Below are positions 17,239-26,588 of a stretch of DNA of 64,000 bases, piece after piece (positions within the stretch are counted from its first letter, which is position 1; every line of letters begins with the position of its first letter). Source of the DNA: a virus. The stretch is from the IMG/VR virus record IMGVR_UViG_3300030333_002703, positions 1-64,000 of that record, one strand, 5' to 3'. Made by a program: the position numbers and the translations under genes. The notes beneath the pieces are model-generated. The model had not been told where the DNA came from. It saw only the letters and a program-made list of their open reading frames with translations, and ran no database searches.

Positions 17239-19225
17239 TGATTTTCTATACATGGTATTTACCAAAGCGGAAGATATTTTTCGCAAATCCAAAGGTGTGT
17301 TCTATACACCTGATGGTGCAATGGAACCTATTCCTGTAGCATATCACCCAGAACATTATGGAGAAATGTTGGCAAATCATCATCCTTACGATATTGATTA
17401 CGGTAATGTGGACCCCAATACTGGTGAATATGCCAAATTGACACATCATGCTCCGAATCTACATGGTGGCATTGCTGGATTCGAGCATGAGTTTGGTGGT
17501 GATGAAACAGGTGGTCGTGTTCTATGGCCTATTGAAGCCGTAGCAACAGGTATTGCAGATTTCATTCGTGAAAAAGGATACACAAAAGATTTGAGAGGAA
17601 ATCCATTGATGGGTCAATCTATGCATGGGTTTAGCAATCCATTGATGTTTGCTAAAGGGGCAATTCAAGAAGCCATTAACCGATTCAATCAAAACCATCC
17701 AGATGAACTACCTCCCGCTCATTCAGATGAATGGCGTCAAGTAGTCAAAGGTGCATATCCTAAAGATGATATGGGCAAGGTGTTATCATCGGACCAAATA
17801 CCAATTCGGAATCAAAATGGTCAAATCAATACATTCTATCTCAACAGTGGTACAACAGTAGGTGAACCAGACCGAGGGCCATTCCCTGAATCTGGTGCAG
17901 TTCCATATTATGAGTATTTGAAACAAGTTTTGAATGAATGGTTGGGGCGTGGTATGTCAATGGACTTTGTTCACAATCCATACGTTGAGCCACACATGAT
18001 GAATCCATTGATGAGCCGTGAATCGAGTACGGGCGGATTAGCAAGTAAGCGAACACTCACACCACAACAAGAGCGTGAAATGGCAGAACAATCTCATTGG
18101 GGCCAAATCGCACCTGAAATGTTGATTCATCATCACCCTGATGCATTTTTCCATGCAGATAGAAGTAGAGGTGGGCGACCATCAAAACCGACAATACAAG
18201 ACCTACGATATTACAATTCATTGTTAGACCTTGGATTGACTGAATCTCAAATACAGCATATTGGTAGCGCACCAATTTCAGCATTGATGCACTCTGGTAA
18301 GAAAGTGGCGAGTGAAGGAAAGTATCAGAATCTGTATCATGATTTGGCTGAAGCATCAGGATTTCATCAAGGGCGAACTCAACGATATGCCAAGTGGCGT
18401 GAAGGTCAAGAAGAAACTGATGAAGATGCATTACGTGAACAATATGCAGCATACAAAGATGAAGATAGGCGTGGTGAACACGCTGGAACACATGAACGAC
18501 ATACCAGCCATGCACGTAGATTGGAACATCCTGATGCTAAAGGAAGATATGGTCAAGGAACCATTGAACACGCACGTCGGTCTGTAGGTCTATTGGCTGG
18601 CGCACACGAACATGGTATTGATTTGAATGAAGTGTATAACGAACACGCCAGACAAACAGGTAAGCAAGAATTGATACCCGGTACACCTGAACATGACAAT
18701 GCACAAATGGTACGTAGTGTGTATCAAGCAATTGCTGAACATCGTTTAGCCAATGAACCGCATCTTGCTGGTCGAGATATATTGAATTTTGATGCAGGAC
18801 ATCCTACACATGGATTACATGAAATGCGAATCCCTGATGATTGGCAATCTATTCCGTCACAGGCTGTGCAAGCAACACACTTCCCTGCTCAACAACCTCA
18901 ACCTCAACAATCTTCCAGTATTATGGATTTGGTACAAATGAGCGAACCGACATATAGTGAAACTGAAGAACGATTACTGAAAGCAATGGAACAGATTCAG
19001 ATACAAGATGCAAAGGACAATCCCGAAGTCAAAAAGTGGTTGCCAAAACAAACTCTAAACATCAATAATCAACATGATGTGCTAGTACTTTCTAAGAAAT
19101 TAGAACTCACACCTCATGATATTCATTTTGTTAAGGCATCTATGGGAGATTGGTCAGATATAGCAGAACGATTAAAAGTCCCCTACGGTGTCGTAGGCAC
19201 AATTAAAGTAGCATTCGGTGAGTGA
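17216..19225 (+). CDS. His-rich hypothetical protein (putative internal virion protein), C-terminal HTH-like region
   Basis: 669-aa ORF; FTK|A, FRK|S, LLK|A sites; SIMDL motif; WSDIAERLKVP. Confidence 0.7.
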   Translation: MAVYTMHDDFLYMVFTKAEDIFRKSKGVFYTPDGAMEPIPVAYHPEHYGEMLANHHPYDIDYGNVDPNTGEYAKLTHHAPNLHGGIAGFEHEFGGDETGGRVLWPIEAVATGIADFIREKGYTKDLRGNPLMGQSMHGFSNPLMFAKGAIQEAINRFNQNHPDELPPAHSDEWRQVVKGAYPKDDMGKVLSSDQIPIRNQNGQINTFYLNSGTTVGEPDRGPFPESGAVPYYEYLKQVLNEWLGRGMSMDFVHNPYVEPHMMNPLMSRESSTGGLASKRTLTPQQEREMAEQSHWGQIAPEMLIHHHPDAFFHADRSRGGRPSKPTIQDLRYYNSLLDLGLTESQIQHIGSAPISALMHSGKKVASEGKYQNLYHDLAEASGFHQGRTQRYAKWREGQEETDEDALREQYAAYKDEDRRGEHAGTHERHTSHARRLEHPDAKGRYGQGTIEHARRSVGLLAGAHEHGIDLNEVYNEHARQTGKQELIPGTPEHDNAQMVRSVYQAIAEHRLANEPHLAGRDILNFDAGHPTHGLHEMRIPDDWQSIPSQAVQATHFPAQQPQPQQSSSIMDLVQMSEPTYSETEERLLKAMEQIQIQDAKDNPEVKKWLPKQTLNINNQHDVLVLSKKLELTPHDIHFVKASMGDWSDIAERLKVPYGVVGTIKVAFGE

Positions 19226-20511
19226 GCATGGGACATATTCTAGTGAAATCAGACTACAATCCGCGTCAATACGAATCGCGGTCATTGCTAAATGAAGCAA
19301 TCAATAATCGAGCAGAAGGCATTATGAAAGAATGGGAAGTATCATCCATTTACAACGGCCCAGACCGTGCCGCTGTTGAGATTATGCACAAGCATCGTGC
19401 AACACACAATGAGATTGCATGGGTTTTGGTCGGTGACGAGATTACCAAATCAAACGAAGTGTATGCATATATTGACAGTGTGTTAAAGCAGGTTGGCGCA
19501 CCCGCACCATCACCACAAGGTCGAGGACTGTACAATGTGCAAGATGGACAACGCCAATGGAAAGGTGCTGACCAATTACTCGGTCTTGGTCAAAATGTAG
19601 ATTGGGGTACTGCAGGTATGGGTGGTAGAGCCAAAGGACCTCAAAGTGCGTCAGTTCAAGATACTCACCCAACACAACAAGAGCAACAACAGCAGGGCGG
19701 ATATAGCGCTCACACAGGCGAAGTTGCCAAACCCGGTTTGGGAAGCAGATTGAAAACATGGGCGCAAGAACGTGCAATGCCAGCAGCCCAACGTGGTCTA
19801 CGTCATCTTGGTGCATTTACAGCCGGTGGTATGGCCGCTGGACCTGTAGGAGCATTGGCAGGTCTTGGTGGTTCAATGTATCAGGCACATCGAGGCAAAC
19901 AAACAGGCCAATATGGTAAAGTCATGGGAGGCGAAGGTGGTTTGAATCAAATTGCCGCAGATGCTGGCGCACAAGCCGGACAAGCGGCTAAAGATTTCGG
20001 AGCGCGACAAGCACAAAATTTTCAAACAGGTGAAGGAGCAATGGGTACAGTAGGACAAGCAGCCGGTGCTGCGAAAAATCTTGGGCAATCTGCATGGCAA
20101 GGAATGAAGAATGTGGCTGGTGCAGTCGCACAACCATTCCAAGATGCATGGCAACAGGCCGGACAACAACAACAGGCTAACGCAGCCGCACAACCACCCG
20201 CACATAACATTCCCGGTGTAGGTGGAAATCCGAATCCAAATGTGCAAGCACCACCGGGTCCGGCAAATACACCAACGACACCATTCCCCGGTAACGCACA
20301 GGCACAAGTTGACCCAGCAGCCGCACAAGAAGTAGCACAACCTTGGAGTCAAAATTGGGGTGGTCAGCAACCACAACAAACAGCGGTAGGCAGCCAACAA
20401 GATACTGCCGCACAACGATTAGCGGCAATGGAAACACAACCAATCCAAACTAGTTCTGACGACCCATCATCTGCATACAGTAGTATTGAAGCAATTTTGA
20501 AAGGACTGTGA
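19222..20511 (+). CDS. Gln/Gly/Ala-rich protein with glycine-zipper-like segment (putative internal virion protein)
   Basis: LVK|S, ITK|S; GAFTAGGMAAGPVGALAGLGG. Confidence 0.7.
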   Translation: MSMGHILVKSDYNPRQYESRSLLNEAINNRAEGIMKEWEVSSIYNGPDRAAVEIMHKHRATHNEIAWVLVGDEITKSNEVYAYIDSVLKQVGAPAPSPQGRGLYNVQDGQRQWKGADQLLGLGQNVDWGTAGMGGRAKGPQSASVQDTHPTQQEQQQQGGYSAHTGEVAKPGLGSRLKTWAQERAMPAAQRGLRHLGAFTAGGMAAGPVGALAGLGGSMYQAHRGKQTGQYGKVMGGEGGLNQIAADAGAQAGQAAKDFGARQAQNFQTGEGAMGTVGQAAGAAKNLGQSAWQGMKNVAGAVAQPFQDAWQQAGQQQQANAAAQPPAHNIPGVGGNPNPNVQAPPGPANTPTTPFPGNAQAQVDPAAAQEVAQPWSQNWGGQQPQQTAVGSQQDTAAQRLAAMETQPIQTSSDDPSSAYSSIEAILKGL

Positions 20512-20517
20512 TGCCCG

Positions 20518-21957
20518 TTGCATCCTGACGATGCAATGGCTGATGTCATTAGTGAAATTGATTTTGAAATGAGCAAGCGCGATTTTCAATTTTTCTTTGA
20601 AGATATCTGCGGTTGGCAATTGGCTAATCATCATGAAAAATGGGTCCATAATCTGCAATCACACAATCGGTATTGTGTGAAGGCGTCACGTGACCACGGT
20701 AAATCTGTATGTTTCCTATCGTATCTACTATGGAAGGTATGTTTCTTCCCCAATACAGATGCTATGATTTTCAGTCATTCTCTTGACCAAACTATTCGCC
20801 ATATGCGATTCTTGAATGATATGATAGAAAGCATTCCCATGCTAAATCGTATGAAAAAGCGTGATTCATGGGCCAAGACTTACTTTGGATTCACCAATGG
20901 TTCGCGTATCAGTGCGAAATCGGTTGGTGGTGGTGTTCGTGGCGCTCACCCTGACATCATTCTATGTGACGATATTTTGTGGGGAACCACCGATACAGAA
21001 CTAAAGCGTGTCGCATCGTGGTTCTATGAAGTTCTAGTACCATGTTTGCACCACACATCGCAACTATGTATTGTAGGTACACCGTTCACACCCACTGACT
21101 TGTACACAGAACTTGAAGAAAAACCCGGTTATTTGGTGGAAACGTATCCTGCGTTAAATGCACAAGGTGAACCATTATGGCCTGAACGATGGGATTTGGA
21201 AGCGTTAGATGCGCGACGTAGAGATATGCCAGCAGTAGCATTCACACGTGAATATCTGTGTGAGCCAATTGATGATGCATCTAGTCTATTCCCAACTTCA
21301 ATTTTAACACCATGTGAATCTCGTAATCATATTTTGCATGACCGCGAATTGACACCAATGGAAGGTGGAGATGATGGCGACCAGTATTTCATAGGCTGGG
21401 ACCCGGCCATTTCATCTGACCGTCAAGCCGATTATACAGTAATGACAGTGTTACGTCGGCCCGCACAAGAGCCTAATCAATTAGAAATTGTACATATTAC
21501 TCGGCGTAAAGGTATGGATTTCCGTACCCAAATTATGGAGATTCAACGATTGAATAGTAAGTTCAGACCTGACGTAATTGAACTGGAAGCCAATCATTTC
21601 CAACGTGTATTTGCTACAGAGTTACGTGAAAATACAGACCTGCCCATCAAAACATTCATCTCTTCTAAAACCAAACGTGAATCATTATTGATGGGATTGG
21701 TGTTGAAGTTTGAGCGCGAACAAATGACGTTACCCATTGGTGATGACCGTTCTCGTGACTTGATTGCAGAACTCAAAACTGAACTATTGTTATTCGGTAT
21801 GTCGAAGAAAGGGAAGTTGGAAAGTATTGGCCGACACGATGATATGGTGATTTCACTTGCGTTGGCACATTGGGCTACAACAGAGTTCCGTGAACGTATT
21901 ATTGATTTAGATGAACTCGGTGATGATATATTCCCAGAAAGCGTACTAGGATTGTGA
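20518..21957 (+). CDS. terL: Terminase large subunit
   Basis: Walker A SRDHGKS, Walker B IILCDD, GTP motif C, RNase H nuclease IGWDPA...E.N..Q...HDDMVISLALA. Confidence 0.92.
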   Translation: MHPDDAMADVISEIDFEMSKRDFQFFFEDICGWQLANHHEKWVHNLQSHNRYCVKASRDHGKSVCFLSYLLWKVCFFPNTDAMIFSHSLDQTIRHMRFLNDMIESIPMLNRMKKRDSWAKTYFGFTNGSRISAKSVGGGVRGAHPDIILCDDILWGTTDTELKRVASWFYEVLVPCLHHTSQLCIVGTPFTPTDLYTELEEKPGYLVETYPALNAQGEPLWPERWDLEALDARRRDMPAVAFTREYLCEPIDDASSLFPTSILTPCESRNHILHDRELTPMEGGDDGDQYFIGWDPAISSDRQADYTVMTVLRRPAQEPNQLEIVHITRRKGMDFRTQIMEIQRLNSKFRPDVIELEANHFQRVFATELRENTDLPIKTFISSKTKRESLLMGLVLKFEREQMTLPIGDDRSRDLIAELKTELLLFGMSKKGKLESIGRHDDMVISLALAHWATTEFRERIIDLDELGDDIFPESVLGL

Positions 21958-21961
21958 TAAA

Positions 21962-23455
21962 ATGTGGGGTAGTATTCTTGTGGGCGATGATTACGATGTC
22001 CCATTTGATATGACAGGTCTTGATTTAGATGTCATGGAAATATGCGGGCAATTATCTCAACATCCACTATTGAAATCCCCTCCGCCACAACAAGGTCAAT
22101 CTATTATGGGCGCACCTCAAAATGAAAATCCTGCAACACCGGATGTTGCTGGAGGTCAATTGACACCTCAACAAACGCCGAAAGATTTACCCGGTCAAGA
22201 ATCTGATGAACAAAAACGTATCAAAGAATTGGCAGGGCAATTGACCCAGAAATCAGAACAAAAATTAGCAAGTGAATCTTCGATTGGTTGGTTTGATTCT
22301 ATGGGTCGTAGTGCTGAATCCATTGTCAAAGACCTCAAAATGGCACGACGCGATAACAAAGTAATCAAAGAAGAGATTGACGATTTGATTGACGCTGTTC
22401 GATTGATGAAGCGTATGGAAATTGATTCTACTCTCAAAAGATTATCATGGGCTAGTGGACACCATGATACCATCAAAGCATTAGGATTGTCAGACCGAGA
22501 TTTACAATCATTGCAGAAATATGGTGAAACCCGTAAATCATCCTTATTACGAGCCTGTTTAGAATATGAAGCAGCAACAGAACGTATTGATACATTGACT
22601 TCCAATATGGATGATTGGACTAGCATGGAAAAACAAGCATGGGTTGAATCTCATAATGACCGTGACGCAGCCAAAAAATCATGGACTACTTGTTTGCACA
22701 CTCTTGACACATTGAATAAATCAGAAATGTCATGGTTACAATTAGCATCTCAAGAATTGGAATTGAACGGTAGTATGGATACTCGCACTATTGTAGGCAA
22801 TATGATAGAGAAAGGACAACCTGCTAAGAAACTATCTGTGAACAAATTAGGTGCATTGATGAAAACATACGGGGATGAAGTAGGGATTATCAAAGGCGTC
22901 AAACGAGGCGAATGGATGATACGCAAACGAGATGGGTCATTGGTTATCAAAGACCCTTGGGCATATGCAGCCGGATTCATTGATGCTGACGGATACATCA
23001 CCATCACAAAACGTGGTGAACCTCGTGTAGGTTTGGTCGCAACAGGTGAACGTGGTCGTATCCATTGTGAGCAATTAGCCAAAACTTTAGATTGTGGCGT
23101 TTTACAATTAGACCTCAAGGTGTACAAAGATGCACAACGGTCACAACATCGGCTTCAATTCTACTCAAAAAATGACATTGCCAAAATACTCAAAGGGATT
23201 CTCCCACATCTCCAATTGAAAAAAGGCCAAGCGCAATCTGTATTGGAATATATTGCGACTCCGCACAAAGGAGATATTGCTAAACAACGCAGACAACAAT
23301 TGGAAAAATTGGTTAAATGGGACAATTGGTCAGACAAAAAGGCTGATGAACTACTCAATGAGTGGGGGATTACCGAAGGTGACATTGAATCGTGGCGCGA
23401 CCCCACTCTCATGAGATTGGCGGTCGATGTTGAACGATTGACGGAGGCGATATGA
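21962..23455 (+). CDS. Protein with C-terminal LAGLIDADG endonuclease-like domain
   Basis: YAAGFIDADGYI; ILPHLQLKKGQA typical of LAGLIDADG domains; long helical N-terminal region. Confidence 0.8.
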   Translation: MWGSILVGDDYDVPFDMTGLDLDVMEICGQLSQHPLLKSPPPQQGQSIMGAPQNENPATPDVAGGQLTPQQTPKDLPGQESDEQKRIKELAGQLTQKSEQKLASESSIGWFDSMGRSAESIVKDLKMARRDNKVIKEEIDDLIDAVRLMKRMEIDSTLKRLSWASGHHDTIKALGLSDRDLQSLQKYGETRKSSLLRACLEYEAATERIDTLTSNMDDWTSMEKQAWVESHNDRDAAKKSWTTCLHTLDTLNKSEMSWLQLASQELELNGSMDTRTIVGNMIEKGQPAKKLSVNKLGALMKTYGDEVGIIKGVKRGEWMIRKRDGSLVIKDPWAYAAGFIDADGYITITKRGEPRVGLVATGERGRIHCEQLAKTLDCGVLQLDLKVYKDAQRSQHRLQFYSKNDIAKILKGILPHLQLKKGQAQSVLEYIATPHKGDIAKQRRQQLEKLVKWDNWSDKKADELLNEWGITEGDIESWRDPTLMRLAVDVERLTEAI

Positions 23456-25383
23456 TGGCAGAAAAAGGAAGGATTGGCCGGTTTTTGGAAAGTTTGACAA
23501 AACCGTTCAAGAGGAGAGAGACACCTGCACCAACAATGCCGCTATGGAAAAGCGGTATTCAGGAGCCGGTATTGGTTCAGGGCATTACCATTCCTGCGTT
23601 GTACGCAACAGTGCAGGAATCGGTAATTTTGCGAACCACAATTAACACATTGACACAAGAGATTTTCAGACGCGGATTGTTCTGGGAAAAGAAGTTCAAT
23701 AAGAAATGTGTACAATGTGATGACGAGTTCCAACACAATGTGGAAGTGTGTGATACTTGTGGAGGCGAAGTACGTGACCCAGACCCGGATGAAGTAGTGT
23801 ATCCAAAGTGGTTATTTGATGAGCGAACAGAACAAGACCAGACATTCATGGATGTTATGCGCGAAATTGAATGGGATTTGAATATCGTAGATGATGCATT
23901 CCTTGTCATTCAGAAAGAATACTACCTCGATGAAGAAAGTGGTGACATTGAGTTTTCGCGGGTAAAACAGATTACCCGAGGCGACCCTACATTCATGCGT
24001 TTAATTGCAGATAAACGTGGTGTTCGTGGAGGGCGATACAAGGTATGTCCTATTCACCGAAGTAAAACATACAGTCATTCAGAAGATTACAAAGAATGTG
24101 ATACTTGTGGTCTGCCATTACAGGATGTTCACTATGTGAATACGGCAGGTAGTGGTAAAACCCAGTATTATTTGGATGGTGAAGTGCTTCACATATCCAA
24201 GTTCAATCCATCTAAATTGTATGGTCGTTCTCCTGTCGCAACTATGTGGCGTCAAGCCATGACATTGACTGCAATGGACAATTACATGTACCTCATGTAC
24301 TCCAAAAGACGAGTACCACGTGGCATTCTTGCGATTACAACTGACAACATTCAATCTACGGCATCGTTCTGGAAAGGTGTCGAAGAAAAGATGGAACGTG
24401 ACCCACATTACGTTCCCAAAGTGGGTGTCGAATCTGCATCGGGTCGTGGGCGTGTCGAATGGGTCAAGTTCATGGACACAATGGATGAGATGCAATACAG
24501 TGCGGTTCGTGATGAACTACGTCAGCGTATATCATCGTTCTATGGTGTGTCAAATATCTTCATGATGGACTCCGGTAAAGGTGGAGGTCTATCCAATGAG
24601 GGTATGCAAATCCTTGTGACCAATCGCGCAGTTGAATATGGTCAGAAGATTTACACACGTGACTTATTCCCACGATTACTCAAACTCATGGGTGTCAATG
24701 ATTGGAAATTGACACTGTATCCAAATGAAGAAGAAGATGAGGTAACACGCCTACGTCGTGATGAGATGGAAGTCAACATTGCACAACGTATGATGCAACT
24801 TGGATTCAAACCAGAACTCAAGGATGAAGGGGAGCGCGACATTCGTTTCACCTATAAGACGCCCCCTCCACCACCCCCCGCGCAGCCGGGTGGCGCACCC
24901 CCCGGAGGCGCACCTCCCCCCGGAGGAGGCATGATGCCACCCGGAGGCGCACCCCCACCTCCACCAATGGGTCGTGGTGGTAATCCCATGATGCGGCAAG
25001 GAATGAATCCCGGTCTACCACCCGGTGGTATGCCCGCTGGCCCACCCGGTGGTATGCCCGCTGGCGCACCTCCAATGGGTGGCGCACCACCTCCAATGCC
25101 CGGTGGTATGGCAATAGCAAATCCAGCAATGGCGAAATCGGAACTGCCTCATCTTGGTGGTGGTGGTAGTGATTCAGAAAAGACCGATGGTTCACGACCT
25201 AATCGTGTAGCCGGTGTTAAGGATGTACGGACACAAAGTGGTTCACCAAAAGGCACTACACATCAACGTGGTCATGATAAATCTCCAATTGAACAAGCAT
25301 TAGAATCTATCCAATCCGCTAAGGAATCTGCGACCGACCCATTGGGCGATAAAGGTAAGGATTCAGGGCTTTATGGGCGATAG
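23452..25383 (+). CDS. Portal protein with Zn-ribbon insertions and Pro/Gly/Met-rich C-terminal tail
   Basis: Position after TerL; LYGRSPV, PRGIL, ISSFYGV portal motifs; CxxC pairs. Confidence 0.85.
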   Translation: MMAEKGRIGRFLESLTKPFKRRETPAPTMPLWKSGIQEPVLVQGITIPALYATVQESVILRTTINTLTQEIFRRGLFWEKKFNKKCVQCDDEFQHNVEVCDTCGGEVRDPDPDEVVYPKWLFDERTEQDQTFMDVMREIEWDLNIVDDAFLVIQKEYYLDEESGDIEFSRVKQITRGDPTFMRLIADKRGVRGGRYKVCPIHRSKTYSHSEDYKECDTCGLPLQDVHYVNTAGSGKTQYYLDGEVLHISKFNPSKLYGRSPVATMWRQAMTLTAMDNYMYLMYSKRRVPRGILAITTDNIQSTASFWKGVEEKMERDPHYVPKVGVESASGRGRVEWVKFMDTMDEMQYSAVRDELRQRISSFYGVSNIFMMDSGKGGGLSNEGMQILVTNRAVEYGQKIYTRDLFPRLLKLMGVNDWKLTLYPNEEEDEVTRLRRDEMEVNIAQRMMQLGFKPELKDEGERDIRFTYKTPPPPPPAQPGGAPPGGAPPPGGGMMPPGGAPPPPPMGRGGNPMMRQGMNPGLPPGGMPAGPPGGMPAGAPPMGGAPPPMPGGMAIANPAMAKSELPHLGGGGSDSEKTDGSRPNRVAGVKDVRTQSGSPKGTTHQRGHDKSPIEQALESIQSAKESATDPLGDKGKDSGLYGR

Positions 25384-25414
25384 GCTCATAAGCGGGGTAT
25401 CCATCAGCATCGCC

Positions 25415-25777
25415 ATGACTAGTGTTGACTTGTCCAAAATGGACCCAATGGCACGTAAGATGGAGACCGCTGTAAAGGCCTTCAATAAAGCACTGGAAGA
25501 TGGTGACGCAAATGCCGCAAACGAACATTTGAGTGTTATCAAAAATACCAGTGATTTCCTATCTGAAGACCTTTGGAGTATTGTACAAAAAGCCGACAAT
25601 CAATTGGTTGGCGGCCCTAATGACCGATTCGCTGGTGGCGTACCAATTATGCAATTTACCGAAACCGGACAAGTACTGGATGTCGGCAATCGTGGTGATA
25701 TGATTAAAGGACTCATTCTACCGGCACGAACAGGCGGTATCATGCAACCACAGCGTTCACCCGGTCAGCGACTTTGA
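25415..25777 (+). CDS. Hypothetical head-region protein
   Basis: Start MTSVDLSK inferred from TCATAA 26 nt upstream. Confidence 0.7.
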   Translation: MTSVDLSKMDPMARKMETAVKAFNKALEDGDANAANEHLSVIKNTSDFLSEDLWSIVQKADNQLVGGPNDRFAGGVPIMQFTETGQVLDVGNRGDMIKGLILPARTGGIMQPQRSPGQRL

Positions 25778-25786
25778 GGTGATATA

Positions 25787-26158
25787 ATGGCTGATGATGA
25801 AGCAAGTTTGGATTTGATGAAGGCACTCATTGGTAAAATGGAGCGCATGGATTCAGACCTTGGGCAAATCCGTAAGGAAAACCAACAACTACGACGCATT
25901 CTACGTGACCCCAGTGCGCTATTGAAGCGCGCTGGATTTGTTCGTTCAGATACACCAAAGGTCGAAGACGTATGGGGCGACCCACTACGTGGCGATGGCG
26001 CAATTGTCAAAGGTGTCGATGACGAGTCGTTCTTTGAAGTACCGGAAAACAACCAAGATTATTACGAAATGGATTGGTCGGAGATTCACGACCTAGCCAA
26101 TCAAGCCAAATCATTGGGTCACGTATCCAATACCCCAATGCCGGAGGCGAATCCATGA
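25787..26158 (+). CDS. Coiled-coil protein with scaffold-like C-terminal motif
   Basis: GAGGTGA RBS; MDWSEIHDLANQA resembles protease C-terminus ISWSDVHSLANKA. Confidence 0.7.
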   Translation: MADDEASLDLMKALIGKMERMDSDLGQIRKENQQLRRILRDPSALLKRAGFVRSDTPKVEDVWGDPLRGDGAIVKGVDDESFFEVPENNQDYYEMDWSEIHDLANQAKSLGHVSNTPMPEANP

Positions 26159-26574
26159 AGCCAGTACCAGTGAAAGCAGGTGAATATAGCGAAGTAGAAA
26201 CCTTGTTGGAAAAGGCCATTGAATTGGAAAAGGCCATTGAGGAACATGGTAACAACGATGTTGTCTTTGAAGATGTAAGTGGTACTAATGTCCGAGCGCA
26301 ACATTACTACACCAATCAAATGACTATGACACCTGAACCAGAAACAGTGTCGAAAAAAATCATTCAAGATGACAGTCCACCCGGTCTGCATTGGGCCGCT
26401 AATGCAAATCCGCATCAAACCGAATCTACTTTGGGAATGCACATGAACGATGGTGGCGGTGACAGACCTGCAGCGCTTAAGAAGTCAGAACTTCTTGGTG
26501 CATGGAAAGAGGACAACCCATTCAGCGTAGAGTCATTGGTTGGAAAGGTTGAGGAACTCGCTCGTCGCCTATGA
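26155..26574 (+). CDS. Hypothetical head-region protein
   Basis: GGAGG RBS, ATGA overlap; LEK|AIE duplicated. Confidence 0.7.
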   Translation: MKPVPVKAGEYSEVETLLEKAIELEKAIEEHGNNDVVFEDVSGTNVRAQHYYTNQMTMTPEPETVSKKIIQDDSPPGLHWAANANPHQTESTLGMHMNDGGGDRPAALKKSELLGAWKEDNPFSVESLVGKVEELARRL

Positions 26575-26588
26575 TTGGGGGCGAGTAG

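Noticed and set aside
21962-23455. Intein or group I intron interrupting terL or portal
   Set aside because: Separate ORF with its own start and stop, no intein terminal C...HN motifs, no non-coding flanks; both neighbours look complete
24860-25110. GC-rich foreign island or DNA-level repeat element
   Set aside because: Explained by the Pro/Gly-rich coding tail of the portal
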